Below are positions 39,564 through 49,718 of a DNA stretch of 64,000 nucleotides, one piece after another (the first letter of the stretch is position 1; every line of letters starts with the position of its first letter). A program made the position numbers and the translations under genes. Source of the stretch: Candidatus Latescibacterota bacterium (lineage in GTDB: Bacteria; Latescibacterota; UBA2968; UBA8231); contig CBDCSU010000006.1 in NCBI GenBank assembly GCA_965221775.1, positions 1,536,001-1,600,000 on the forward strand, written 5' to 3'. The notes beneath the pieces are model-generated. The model made no database searches, was not told the origin of the DNA, and saw nothing but the letters and a program-made list of their open reading frames with translations.

Positions 39564-42389
39564 ATGACCATCAGCACAGGACCTGAGCGGCCCTACCCTG
39601 GGGCACGGTGGTGGAAGTTCGATTTCCACACCCATACGCCCGCATCTGCGGACTACGGCAAAGGGGAAGACCAGGATTCCCTGCGGCAGATCACACCGGA
39701 AGACTGGCTGCTCGGCTTCATGCGGTCCGAGGTGGACTGCGTGGCGGTTACGGACCACAACTCCGGCGAGTGGATCGACAAGCTGAAAGAGGCGCTGAAG
39801 GGCCTCCAGGACCACCCCGACTATCGTCCGCTGCACCTATTCCCCGGCGTCGAGATCACCGCCAACGCCGGCATTCACCTGCTCGCCCTCTTCGATAGGG
39901 CGAAGGGATCCGCGGATATCAACGGGCTCCTCGGAACGGTCCGATACAAGGGTGTGCGCGGGCAAGGCGACCGGGCCGCCGATGCGTCGGTCATTGAAGT
40001 AGTGAAGGCCATCGCGGAGAACGGAGCCATCGCGATTCTCGCACACGTAGACGGCCCCTCGGGGGCCTGGGGGTTGCCCGGAAGCAGCCTCGGTCCCCTG
40101 CTCGATTGCTCCGACCTGTTTGCCATGGAGGTGGTCGATCCGGCGTCGGACCGGCCCGAACTCTACCGGCAGCGCAAGCTCGCATGGGCCGAGGTTCTCG
40201 GATCGGACTCTCATCACCCGGCTCCTGCGTCGGGAGAGAGGACCCCCGGCTCGCACTCCACTTGGGTGAAGATGTCCCTGCCCACCTTGGAGGGACTGCG
40301 TCTGGCTCTGCTCGACGGACCCGGCTTCTCCATCCGGCGCAGCGACGATCCTGACCCCTTCGATCCGAACAGGCTGCCCACCCACTACATCGAATCCATC
40401 GAAGTCAGCGATGCCCGCTTCATGGGGCGCGGCGAACCCGCCCGGATCGAATTCAGCCCCTGGCTCAACGCCCTGGTCGGCGGACGCGGAACCGGAAAGT
40501 CCACGGTGGTCCATGCTCTCAGGCTCGCGTCGAGGCGCCATACGGACTTGACCCGTCTCGACCCCCATAGTCCGGTGCGGCGGACCTTCGAGCGTTTCGA
40601 CCGCCTGCCTTCGCAACGGAGTGAGGACGGCGGCCTGCGGGCCTCGACCGCGATCACGTGGACCGTGGTCCGGGACGAAGTGCGGCATCGCGTCCATTGG
40701 CGCCAGGAGGCCAAGGGTGTTGTCGTAGAGGAGGAAGCCGGCGGTGCCTGGCAGGAGTCGCCGGTACAGAGCGTAGACAGCCAACGCTTCCCCTTGCGCA
40801 TCTTCAACCAGGGGCAGATCGCCGAACTGGCCGGCGACAACCAGCAGGCGCTGCTCGGCGTGATCGACGATGCCGCAGATACGAATGGGCCGAAGCGGAA
40901 GCTTGCCGAAGCCGTCAACGCCTTCCGGACGCTGCGGGCGCGGGTGCGGGAACTCGAGACACAGTTGCAGGCCCGGGACGGTCTGGAGGTGGAACGGCAG
41001 GACACCCACCGCAAGCTCAGCCGCTTCGAGGAGGCAGGCCATCAGGCCGTTCTTGCGACCTACCAGCGCCGGCGCAGACAGCGCCGGGAGCTCGAGCGGC
41101 AGTTCGAGACGGCCGAGGAGACCGCCGAGCGAATCGAAGCCCGCGCCGAGGAATTGCTGCCCGAGGATCTGCCGGCAGGGACCTTCGACAACTCACCGGA
41201 GGATGCGGCCGCCGCGGCGATCATTGCTGACCTGGCCTCTTCGGTCGAAGCCGCCCGCCAGGACCTGCCCAGGGCGGCCGGGCGCCTGAGTGAGGCGCTG
41301 GCTGCGCAGCGCCGGGCACTCGCAGACAGCACCTGGACGGCCGCGGCCCGGCAGGCCGAGGACGACTACGACGCGCTCGTTCGCGACCTTCAGGCCGAGG
41401 GCGTTGAAGATCCGAGCGAATACGGCCGCCTGACCCAGGATCGCCAGCGGCTCGACGGGGAGCTGGCCGACCTGGACTCCTTGGCGGAAGAGCGTGACCG
41501 GCTGGCCGCGCAGGCTCGCGAGAGCCTGGATCGGGTCCTCGACTGCCGCCGCGACGTGACGGCCGCACGCTCGGCGTTTCTCGCCCAGGCTCTTGCAGGG
41601 AACCGCTTCGTGCGCATCTCGGTACGGCCATATGGCGACGAGGCTCGCGTCCTCGAGCGCTCCATGCGGGAGGTCCTCAACGTGATCGACAACCGCTTCC
41701 AAAGTGACATCCATACGGACGATGGGGGCCGTCCCAGGGGGAGTGTCGTGGACTTGCTTGCGGACCTTCCAGAGTCCGCCGACGAGCACGGTCGGGAGAT
41801 GGAACAGCGCATCGCGCAATGGAAGGAACGTGTCCAGACGGCCAGCGCGGGAGGCAACGGCCGTTTCGGAGGCGCCTTCAGCAACTACCTCGAGCGTGAG
41901 ACCGAACGCTCACCCGCCCTGCTGGACGGCCTGCTCGCCTGGTTCCCGGAAGACGCCCTGAGAGTGGAGTACAGCCCCCAGGGCGACGGCGCCGGCTTCC
42001 GCCCCATCAGCCAGGCTTCGGCGGGGCAGCGCGCGGCCGCCATGCTCGCCTTCCTGCTGGCCCACGGCGACGAACCCCTGGTCCTGGACCAGCCCGAAGA
42101 CGACCTAGACAACCACCTGATCTACGACCTGGTGGTGCGGCAGATGCGGGAGAACAAGCGCCGCCGACAGATCGTCGTGGTCACCCACAATCCCAATGTC
42201 GTCGTCAACGGCGACGCCGAAATGCTGCACGCCCTCGACTTCTGCAACGGCCAGTGCGTGGTCACGCAACGTGGTTCGTTGCAGGAATCGGCCATGCGCG
42301 AGGAAGTCTGCCGCATCATGGAGGGAGGGCGGGAGGCCTTCGAGCGTCGCTACCGCCGCCTCGGACAGGAGCGGGTCGGTGTTCGATAG
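39564..42389 (+). CDS. PHP phosphoesterase fused to an SMC-like ABC ATPase (TrlF/Ppl-like)
   Basis: WWKFDFHTHTPAS, TDHN, PGVEI, AH, GSDSH; GGRGTGKST, coiled coil, SAGQ, LVLDQPEDDLD, VTHN. Confidence 0.92.
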   Translation: MTISTGPERPYPGARWWKFDFHTHTPASADYGKGEDQDSLRQITPEDWLLGFMRSEVDCVAVTDHNSGEWIDKLKEALKGLQDHPDYRPLHLFPGVEITANAGIHLLALFDRAKGSADINGLLGTVRYKGVRGQGDRAADASVIEVVKAIAENGAIAILAHVDGPSGAWGLPGSSLGPLLDCSDLFAMEVVDPASDRPELYRQRKLAWAEVLGSDSHHPAPASGERTPGSHSTWVKMSLPTLEGLRLALLDGPGFSIRRSDDPDPFDPNRLPTHYIESIEVSDARFMGRGEPARIEFSPWLNALVGGRGTGKSTVVHALRLASRRHTDLTRLDPHSPVRRTFERFDRLPSQRSEDGGLRASTAITWTVVRDEVRHRVHWRQEAKGVVVEEEAGGAWQESPVQSVDSQRFPLRIFNQGQIAELAGDNQQALLGVIDDAADTNGPKRKLAEAVNAFRTLRARVRELETQLQARDGLEVERQDTHRKLSRFEEAGHQAVLATYQRRRRQRRELERQFETAEETAERIEARAEELLPEDLPAGTFDNSPEDAAAAAIIADLASSVEAARQDLPRAAGRLSEALAAQRRALADSTWTAAARQAEDDYDALVRDLQAEGVEDPSEYGRLTQDRQRLDGELADLDSLAEERDRLAAQARESLDRVLDCRRDVTAARSAFLAQALAGNRFVRISVRPYGDEARVLERSMREVLNVIDNRFQSDIHTDDGGRPRGSVVDLLADLPESADEHGREMEQRIAQWKERVQTASAGGNGRFGGAFSNYLERETERSPALLDGLLAWFPEDALRVEYSPQGDGAGFRPISQASAGQRAAAMLAFLLAHGDEPLVLDQPEDDLDNHLIYDLVVRQMRENKRRRQIVVVTHNPNVVVNGDAEMLHALDFCNGQCVVTQRGSLQESAMREEVCRIMEGGREAFERRYRRLGQERVGVR

Positions 42390-43647
42390 CAAGCGCGAAC
42401 TACTCGACAAGATCCGCCTGGGCGAGGACTCCTATCTGGAGTTGAAGGAGGTGCGCCTGGCAGGCCGACAGGTCAAGGAGCCGCGTCGCGACTCGCTTGC
42501 GGACGAAATCGCTGCTTTTTCCAACAGCCACGGCGGAGTGATCGTCTTGGGCGTCCAGGACAAGCCCCGCGAGGTCCTGGGCATCCCGGCCGAGGGCCTC
42601 GATGCGGCGGAACTGCTCGTGCGCGAGATCTGCCGGGACTCGATCGACCCCTCCGTGGCGCCCATCATCGAGCGCCTTGAGCTGCCGACCGCGACGGGGG
42701 ACGAGGTTCCGGTAATCAAGATCGACGTTGCGCCCAGCCTGTTCGTTCATCGCAGCCCCGGCGGGTACCTGCTCCGGGTCGGGAGCGAGAAGCGGCCCAT
42801 GTCCACCGAGTATCTCGCCCGCCTGCTGGCGCAACGTTCGCGAACCGGCCTGGTGCGTTTCGACGAGGAGGTCGTAGCCGAGGCCTCGCTCGACGACCTG
42901 CAAGATGACCTGGTCGAGCGGTTCAGAACCCCGCGGTCGGCAACAGAGGCTTCCCGGTTCCTGTCAAACCTGCACTTGGCGCGAACCGATGAACGGGGCA
43001 ACACCAAGCCGACCGTTGCGGGCATTCTCCTTGCTGCGACAGACCCTCGGGAGTGGCTGCCCGGTGCCTACATTCAGGCCGTCGCCTACCGCGGCACCGA
43101 AGTCCGCGTGGGATCGGGCGATCCCTACCAGCTCGACGCCGAAGACCTGGCCGGCCCGCTGGATGCGCAGGTGGAGAGCGCCTGCCGCTTCGTCGCCAGG
43201 AACATGAAGACCGCGGCCTTCAAGAACATGGGACGGGTGGACCGACCGCAGTTCGACATGGCCGCCGTCTTCGAAGCGGTGGTCAATGCGGTGGCGCACC
43301 GCGACTACTCCATCCACGGGTCCAAGATCCGCTTGCGGCTCTTCGATGACCGGTTGGAGATCTACTCGCCCGGGTCGATTCCAAATTCGATGAGCGTCGA
43401 CGATCTGGTGCACATTCAGTCGTCCCGCAACGAGACGGTTGCCAGCCTGCTGGCGCGAATCCCGGTACCCGACCACTCCTGGCTGACCACCGACCGCGCA
43501 ACTCTGATGGACCGCCGTGGCGAAGGGGTGCGCATAATCCTCGACAACAGCGAGCGTCTCTCGGGAAAGACACCGACCCACCGGATGATCGGCGACGCCG
43601 AGCTTCTGCTCACCATCTACGCGGCTGCTCCAGAGGTGACTGAGTAG
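42379..43647 (+). CDS. AlbA_2 (Schlafen-like) domain plus HATPase_c_4 (RecG-C-like) protein
   Basis: GEDSYLELKE, IAAFSNSHGG.IVLGVQD, EAVVNAVAHRDY, RLEIYSPG, RRGEG; start overlaps the upstream gene. Confidence 0.9.
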   Translation: MFDSKRELLDKIRLGEDSYLELKEVRLAGRQVKEPRRDSLADEIAAFSNSHGGVIVLGVQDKPREVLGIPAEGLDAAELLVREICRDSIDPSVAPIIERLELPTATGDEVPVIKIDVAPSLFVHRSPGGYLLRVGSEKRPMSTEYLARLLAQRSRTGLVRFDEEVVAEASLDDLQDDLVERFRTPRSATEASRFLSNLHLARTDERGNTKPTVAGILLAATDPREWLPGAYIQAVAYRGTEVRVGSGDPYQLDAEDLAGPLDAQVESACRFVARNMKTAAFKNMGRVDRPQFDMAAVFEAVVNAVAHRDYSIHGSKIRLRLFDDRLEIYSPGSIPNSMSVDDLVHIQSSRNETVASLLARIPVPDHSWLTTDRATLMDRRGEGVRIILDNSERLSGKTPTHRMIGDAELLLTIYAAAPEVTE

Positions 43648-43651
43648 AACC

Positions 43652-43864
43652 GTGGACAAACACCCTGTCTCATCCACGATGGTCAGGTCGATTGGCTACG
43701 ACACAAAGACGAAAACCCTTGAGGTAGAATTCCTGAGCGGCCGGGTCTACCGATACCATGGGGTGCCCACCCATGTGCATGACCGGATGATGGAGGCGCC
43801 GTCCAAGGGACGATTCCTCAACATGCACATCAGGGACAGCTACCCGTATTCGCGGGTTGGGTGA
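43652..43864 (+). CDS. KTSC domain protein
   Basis: VSST.VRSIGYD...LEVEF.SG.VY.Y.GVP......A.SKG.F...IR..Y. Confidence 0.93.
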   Translation: MDKHPVSSTMVRSIGYDTKTKTLEVEFLSGRVYRYHGVPTHVHDRMMEAPSKGRFLNMHIRDSYPYSRVG

Positions 43865-43902
43865 TCCGACCGCACCCCGACCCCCAAACCGAGGAGATCC
43901 CC

Positions 43903-44799
43903 ATGCCCAGAGCCGAACCCTGGCGTTACGAGAAGCTCACCTGGCCCGAGATCAACGAGGCCGTGGCCGCGGGCAAGCCGGTGATCGCGCCCATCGGCTC
44001 CACCGAGCAGCACGGCCCGCACCTGCCCCTCGATGTGGACGTGGTCTGCCCCACGGGGGTGGCCCACGCCGCCGCCCGTCTCATGCCCGACCGGGTGCTG
44101 GTCATGCCGCCCATCGTCCACGGGTACACGGCCCACGTGATGGACTTCCCCGGCACCGTCAACATCCACTGGGAGCACTTCATCAAGTTCGTCGTCGACG
44201 TGGGGCGCAGCCTCGCCTATCACGGCTTCAAGAAGATCCTCCTCCTCAACGGCCACGGCTCGAACGCCCCCAACCTCGACTTGGCGGCGCGGCGGGTGAA
44301 CCTCGAGACCGACGCCGAGTGCAGCTTCCTGAGCTGGTGGAGCCTGTTAGGGGTGGACCCGGAGTTCATGAAGGGCTGGCGGGAGAGCAAGTTCCCGGGC
44401 GGCTGCTCCCACGCCTGCGAGCTGGAGACCTCCGTCTACCTCCACCTCGACCCGGACAACGTGCGCGAGGACCGCATCGCCGACGGCGAGATCGCCTTCC
44501 ACCGCTACGAGTCCGACTTCCACTGGACCGACCTGCTGGGCTCCTGCCCGGCGCAGGTCACCTCGTGGACGGCGAGCTACTCGGACAGCGGCGTCCTCGG
44601 GCAAGCCAGCCTGGCCAGCCGCGAGAAGGGGCGTCTCGCCGTGGAGGAAGCGGCCCGGCAGCTGGCCCGCTGGGTGGAGGAGTTCGGCTCCCGGCCCAAG
44701 CCGCCGAGGGGCGACCACCACGGGGAGCGGCCGTCGATGCCGATGCCGTGGGGGCAGCACGGACCGCCGGAGACGTCGGGAGACGTGCACGGGGGCTGA
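43903..44799 (+). CDS. Creatininase/amidohydrolase family protein
   Basis: PIGSTEQHGPHLP.D.D, NGHGSN, HACELETS, SGVLG. Confidence 0.93.
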   Translation: MPRAEPWRYEKLTWPEINEAVAAGKPVIAPIGSTEQHGPHLPLDVDVVCPTGVAHAAARLMPDRVLVMPPIVHGYTAHVMDFPGTVNIHWEHFIKFVVDVGRSLAYHGFKKILLLNGHGSNAPNLDLAARRVNLETDAECSFLSWWSLLGVDPEFMKGWRESKFPGGCSHACELETSVYLHLDPDNVREDRIADGEIAFHRYESDFHWTDLLGSCPAQVTSWTASYSDSGVLGQASLASREKGRLAVEEAARQLARWVEEFGSRPKPPRGDHHGERPSMPMPWGQHGPPETSGDVHGG

Positions 44800-44806
44800 C
44801 GGCGGC

Positions 44807-45922
44807 GTGAAGACCGTCGCCCACTGCGTCACCCCTTACCTGCCGCTCACGGCGCGGTGGATCCACGCCCAGATCGCCCACCTGAAGCGCTACCGGCCGG
44901 TGGTGCTCACCCAGGAGACGCAGCACCTCGACAGCTTCCCCGTGGCCGCCGTCCACGACGCCGGCGCCTGGTCCGCGCCGCGCCGGTGGACCAACCGGCT
45001 GGTGCGCAAGACGACGGGGCAGTACCCCTTCTACGGCGGCCTGCTCAAGCGGGAAGGGGCCTCCCTGATCCACGCCCACTTCGGCTACCAGGGGCACTTC
45101 TGCCAGCGCGCCCGCAGGGCCGCGGGCCTGCCCATGGTGGTCAGCTTCTACGGCGAGGACGGCACCCGCTACCTGCGCTACCCGCGCTGGCTGCGGCGCT
45201 ACCGCCGGCTCTTCGAGGAGGCGGTAGCGGTCCTGGTGGAGGGCGGGGCCATGGGTGGGCGCCTGGTGGAGGCGGGGTGTCCGCCCGAGAAGGTGCGCGT
45301 CCAGCGCCTCGGGGTGGAGGCGGCGGAGATCCCCTTCCGGCCGCGTGAGCCGGCGGAGGCGGTGCGCTTCCTGATCTGCGCCTCCTTCCGCGAGAAGAAG
45401 GGCATCCCCCAGGCGCTGATGGCCGTGGGCCGGGCGCGGGAGCAGCGCCCCTTCCCCTGCGAGGTGGTGCTGATCGGGGACGGTCCCGAGAGGGCGCGGA
45501 TCCTGGAGGCGGTGGAACGCTCCGGCCTGGGGGAGCGGGTGCGGCTCCTGGGCGCCCTGCCCTACGAGCGGGTCCTCAAGGAGATGGAGCGCTGCCACGT
45601 GCTGCTGCAAGCCAGCCTCACCGCCGCCGACGGGGACGGCGAGGGCGGGGCCCCGGTGGTGCTCCTCGACGCCCAGGCCTCCGGTCTGCCGGTGGTGGCC
45701 ACCCGCCACGCCGACATCCCCGAGTACGTCCTCGACGGCCGCAGCGGACTGCTGGCGCCGGAGGGCGACGTGGAGGCCCTGGCCGAGTGCATCGGCGCCA
45801 TGGTGAGGGACCCGGCCCGCTGGCCGGAGATGGGGCGGGAGGGGCGCCGCCACGTGGAGGGCAGCTACAACGCTCCGGTGCAGTGCGCGGCCCTGGAAGA
45901 GCTGTACGACGAGTTCGTCTGA
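44807..45922 (+). CDS. Glycosyltransferase family 4 (WcaL-like)
   Basis: IHAHFG, FREKKG, IGDGP, SLTAADGDGEGG.PV.LLDA.A.GLPVV.T.H. Confidence 0.92.
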   Translation: MKTVAHCVTPYLPLTARWIHAQIAHLKRYRPVVLTQETQHLDSFPVAAVHDAGAWSAPRRWTNRLVRKTTGQYPFYGGLLKREGASLIHAHFGYQGHFCQRARRAAGLPMVVSFYGEDGTRYLRYPRWLRRYRRLFEEAVAVLVEGGAMGGRLVEAGCPPEKVRVQRLGVEAAEIPFRPREPAEAVRFLICASFREKKGIPQALMAVGRAREQRPFPCEVVLIGDGPERARILEAVERSGLGERVRLLGALPYERVLKEMERCHVLLQASLTAADGDGEGGAPVVLLDAQASGLPVVATRHADIPEYVLDGRSGLLAPEGDVEALAECIGAMVRDPARWPEMGREGRRHVEGSYNAPVQCAALEELYDEFV

Positions 45923-45983
45923 CTCGGGGTCCGCGGCCAGCGCGCGCGAGCCCCACGCGCTGCTGCATACCGCGAGAGCTCGC

Positions 45984-46643
45984 TCAGAGCAGCTGCTTCC
46001 GCCGCTTGTCCGCGATCACCCGCTCCACGAAGCCGGGGCCGCAACAGGCCTCGAAGCCACCCCCTGGAAAGCGCATCGCCCAGCGGTAGAGCTCCTCCAG
46101 GCGGCGGGCGTCGCCGTCGAGGACGGGCGCCTCGGCCCGTACCGCGTCGAGCTGCTCGATGACGGCGGCGGCGATCCTGGCGTAGAAGCGGCCCTCGGCG
46201 CCGCCGGGCCCCTCCGCTCCCTGCCTCGCCTGCTGGTACCACGCCATGGCGTTGAAGCTCACCACCCGAATCCGCGGGTAGAAGGAGCACATCAGGTTCC
46301 AGTCGTCGCCGTCCTTCTCCTGATCGCCGGAGGAGCGGAAGTCGGAGCGCAGGACCACCGACGGGATGTCCAGCATCTTGGCGAGCATGAACTCCACCAC
46401 CGTGCCGGAGTCCAGGTCGGGCCCGTCGAAGTTGAACAGGCCGAGGTCGCAGGCCATGACCTGCTTGAGGTCCTGGTTGCGGATGTCCACGGCGCGCTCC
46501 GTGGACTGCTCCAGGTCCTGGGGCACGACGCAGGCGTAGCGGCCCCCGGAGTGCTCCTCGATCGCCCCGGCGAGCAGGGCGTTACCGGTGAGGTGCTTGT
46601 GGTCGAAGAGGTCGCCGGCGAAGTAGAGGGTGAGGGGGGCCAC
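45984..46643 (-). CDS. Nucleoside 2-deoxyribosyltransferase-like protein
   Basis: LYFAGDLF, VPQD, DL...D....FDG.DLDSGTVVEF, DFR, NLM. Confidence 0.85.
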   Translation of the reverse strand: MAPLTLYFAGDLFDHKHLTGNALLAGAIEEHSGGRYACVVPQDLEQSTERAVDIRNQDLKQVMACDLGLFNFDGPDLDSGTVVEFMLAKMLDIPSVVLRSDFRSSGDQEKDGDDWNLMCSFYPRIRVVSFNAMAWYQQARQGAEGPGGAEGRFYARIAAAVIEQLDAVRAEAPVLDGDARRLEELYRWAMRFPGGGFEACCGPGFVERVIADKRRKQLL

Positions 46644-46654
46644 GCCGTCTCTCG

Positions 46655-47410
46655 TCAGGGGATCCAGCGGATGGAGGCGCGCAGGCCGTGGGTGGCCAGG
46701 TCCGCGCCGGTCTCGGCCAGGTCGAGCTCAATCGGCTCGTGGCTCCCGTCCCGCCAGACGATCCGCCCCTTGCCGGGGCCGGTCTCCACGGCGCCGGACT
46801 CCGTGTAGCGCCAGGCGAGATCGAGGACGAAGCACGGGCCCAGGCCCGCCGACACGCCCGCCGTCACCATCCATACGGAGCCCAGCCGCCGGGCCCCGGG
46901 GACGATGGTATCCGTCGTGCGGAAGCGCAGGCGGGTGTCGCCGATGGCGACGCGGGACAGGCCGGCGCCGCCGCCGAGGAAAGGGCCGGCGCCGCCGGGC
47001 CACTGCAGGTAGGCGGCGACCAGCCCCGACAGGGAGGACAACTCGGCCGAGGCCGCCTGGATGCCGCGGGTCTGCACGAAGTTGGACCGCCCCCGGAAGG
47101 AGAGTCCGGGTCGGTACTGGGCCAGGGCCTCGAAACGCAGGACCGATGCCAGCCCCCGGCCGACGCCGATCTCGATCCCGGGGGTGGAGCCGAAGTCGCC
47201 CGCGGCCCCCAGGGGGGCGCCGTCGATGCCCTCGCCGCAGCCGTAGAGGGCGGCTGGATTCTGGCTGGTGCAGTCCACGTCGAGGAAGCTCGTCTCCTCC
47301 GACAGGTCGAAGGCGATCCCGCCGCGGTAGTAGAAGTCCGCGGCTCCGGGGGAGGCGCCCGCGACGATGACCGCAATGATCGCGGCGACAGCTGCCGGGC
47401 CGAGCCGCAT
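46655..47410 (-). CDS. Outer-membrane beta-barrel (opacity/Omp-like) protein
   Basis: Signal peptide; GIEIGVG, PFLGGGAG, LDLAWRY..G, terminal HGLRASIRW; start overlaps the upstream stop. Confidence 0.75.
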   Translation of the reverse strand: MRLGPAAVAAIIAVIVAGASPGAADFYYRGGIAFDLSEETSFLDVDCTSQNPAALYGCGEGIDGAPLGAAGDFGSTPGIEIGVGRGLASVLRFEALAQYRPGLSFRGRSNFVQTRGIQAASAELSSLSGLVAAYLQWPGGAGPFLGGGAGLSRVAIGDTRLRFRTTDTIVPGARRLGSVWMVTAGVSAGLGPCFVLDLAWRYTESGAVETGPGKGRIVWRDGSHEPIELDLAETGADLATHGLRASIRWIP

Positions 47411-48612
47411 CAGACCGCCCACTTCTCCATCTTCGCTTCGTCCAGCTCGACGCCGAGGCCGGGACCGGGCGGGGGCTCGAGGGCGCCGTCGCGGTACTCG
47501 AAGGGGGTGGCGCAGATGTCGTCCACGAGCAGGCCCGGGGCGACGAGGTCGGAGGGCACGGTGACGTTGGCGCAGGCGACGGCGAGATGGACGAAGGCGG
47601 CGGTGCCCGGACCCAGCTCGACGGTGCTGCCCAGGAGAACGGGGATGCCGCCGCTGCCGGCGGTGTGGATGAGGCGCTGGCCGCGGGTCACGCCGCCGCC
47701 CTGGGAGGGGATGACGTTGATCACGTCCACGGCCCGGTGGCGGACGACCGAGGCGGTGAAGGCGTCGTCGAGGTCGGCCACGTGCTCGATGATGTCGATG
47801 GGGGACTGCTCACGGACCCTGGCGAGGACGGCCGTGGCCCTGTCGGGGTCACGGTTGATGCGCTCCGGATGGTCGTTGACCACGGGCCGGCTCACGGCGT
47901 CGACGGGGGTCTCGCAGGCGTGGACGCCGGCGGCGGCCAGCTCGCGCAGGCGCGCCACGGCCTCTTCCTCGGTCCAGGCGCCGCTGGCGTCGCCGCGCAG
48001 GTAGGTGTCAGGGCCCGCCACCTCGCGGAACCGGCGCACCCGCTCCAGGTCGCGGCCGGGATCGCCGCCGACCTTCATCTTGAAGGCGCGGATCCCCTCC
48101 TCCAGCTTGCCGCGCACCTCGTCGGCGAGCGCATCCAGCTCCGCCTCCGCCGGCATGTCGTTGCGCATGTACGCCACCCAGCAGACCTCCACCCGGTCAT
48201 GGACTCGGCCGCCCAACAGCTCGTGGAGGGGCGCCCCCAGCCGCTTGCCCACCAGGTCGAGGAGGGCGATCTCGACGCCGAAGAGGGTGAGGCCGCGCAG
48301 CTCGGGGTGGCAGTCCGGGGGCAGGGCCGCGCCCACGGCGGCGAAGGCCTCCCGCCAACGCCCGAGGTCCCGCCCCACGAGTTGGGCGGCGAGCAGCTCC
48401 CGCAGCTGGTCCGCCGGCAGCGGGTCCATGCGGTCGGCCATGTCCGAGACCTCCCCGAGGCCGACCGGTCCGTCATCGGTGAACAGCTCCAGGACCTGGT
48501 AGCGCGAGCGCCGGTGATCGGTGTCGGGCTGCAGCTGGTCCGGGTCGGCAGCGTAGGTCCCGTAGATCCGCGGGATCGACACCTCGCGCACGCGCACGTC
48601 CGTGATCTTCAA
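47410..48612 (-). CDS. Mandelate racemase/muconate cycloisomerase (enolase superfamily)
   Basis: KITDVRV, GLGE, EIALLDLVGK..G.PL..LLGG, FKMKVG, DASG; TTG start after GGAGAGG. Confidence 0.88.
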   Translation of the reverse strand: MKITDVRVREVSIPRIYGTYAADPDQLQPDTDHRRSRYQVLELFTDDGPVGLGEVSDMADRMDPLPADQLRELLAAQLVGRDLGRWREAFAAVGAALPPDCHPELRGLTLFGVEIALLDLVGKRLGAPLHELLGGRVHDRVEVCWVAYMRNDMPAEAELDALADEVRGKLEEGIRAFKMKVGGDPGRDLERVRRFREVAGPDTYLRGDASGAWTEEEAVARLRELAAAGVHACETPVDAVSRPVVNDHPERINRDPDRATAVLARVREQSPIDIIEHVADLDDAFTASVVRHRAVDVINVIPSQGGGVTRGQRLIHTAGSGGIPVLLGSTVELGPGTAAFVHLAVACANVTVPSDLVAPGLLVDDICATPFEYRDGALEPPPGPGLGVELDEAKMEKWAV

Positions 48613-48703
48613 ACGGCGCTCCTCTCCTTGGGGCTCCATGCACCCGAAGGCAAACAACGCTAGATTGGGCCCGAGGCGACAGGCAAGATCCACGACGGAG
48701 GGA

Positions 48704-49705
48704 ATGATGATCGACATAGGTTTCATCGGCGCCGGCGGCATGGGGCGGCACCAGGCCGCCAGTTTCGCACAGGTCCGGGGCTGCCGGGTGGCGGCGGTGG
48801 CCGACCCCGTGAGGCCCGCGGCCGAGGCCCTGGCCGCCGACCACGAGGGAGCATCCGTCCACGAGGACCACCGCGAACTGCTCGCCGGCGGGATCGGCGC
48901 GGTGGTGGTGGCGGTGCCCACGGGCCTCCACGCCGCCGTGGCCATCGACTGCCTCAAGGCCGGCGTGCCGGTCCTGGTGGAGAAGCCGATGGCCCGCACC
49001 GTGGCCCAGTGCCGGGCCATGAACCGGGTCAGCGACAGCACGGGGACCCTGCTCATGGTCGCCCACTGCCGGCGCTACGACTCCCACTGGGGGACCTGGG
49101 GGCGGGCGGTGCAGTCCGGCCGCCTCGGCTTCCCGGTGCTGTGGCGGGACTGCTCGGCGGGCATGGGACCGGGCCGCTGGTTCATGGACGAGGAGCTGGG
49201 CGGCGGCCCCCTCATCGACGGGGCGGTGCACAACTACGACTTCGCCAACATGATCTTCGGCGACCCCGAGAGCGTGGTGGCGAGCACCCTCAAAGTGAAC
49301 CCCGCGGTCACCGCCATCGACACCGGCTCGGCGGTGGTGCGCTACCCCGGCGGCAACCAGCTGCTGCTCTCCTGGTCCTGGGGCACCCGCGGAAAGGGCA
49401 TGCACGACGTCATCGGCCCCAAGGGCGGCCTCGAGTTCGGCCCGGGGCCGCAGGGTCCGCCCGAGGGAGACCAGGGCAAGCACAGCTGGTTCTGCATCAC
49501 CCGGACCAACGGCAAGCAGACCCAGCTGCGGGCGCCGGCCGACTTCAACCAGATGTACAAGCGCCAGGCGCGGCACTTCCTCGACTGCATCCGCGGGCGG
49601 GCCGAGTGCCGCACCCCCGGGACCGAGGCGATCAAGGCGGTGGCCGTGGCCGAGGCGATCCTCAAGGCGGGTCCCGCAGGCGGCCGGCGGACTGTCCGCT
49701 GGTGA
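48704..49705 (+). CDS. Gfo/Idh/MocA oxidoreductase
   Basis: IGFIGAGGMG, VPTGLH, VLVEKPMA, GGGPLID..VH..D. Confidence 0.93.
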   Translation: MMIDIGFIGAGGMGRHQAASFAQVRGCRVAAVADPVRPAAEALAADHEGASVHEDHRELLAGGIGAVVVAVPTGLHAAVAIDCLKAGVPVLVEKPMARTVAQCRAMNRVSDSTGTLLMVAHCRRYDSHWGTWGRAVQSGRLGFPVLWRDCSAGMGPGRWFMDEELGGGPLIDGAVHNYDFANMIFGDPESVVASTLKVNPAVTAIDTGSAVVRYPGGNQLLLSWSWGTRGKGMHDVIGPKGGLEFGPGPQGPPEGDQGKHSWFCITRTNGKQTQLRAPADFNQMYKRQARHFLDCIRGRAECRTPGTEAIKAVAVAEAILKAGPAGGRRTVRW

Positions 49706-49718
49706 GGAGGGGCAGGCC

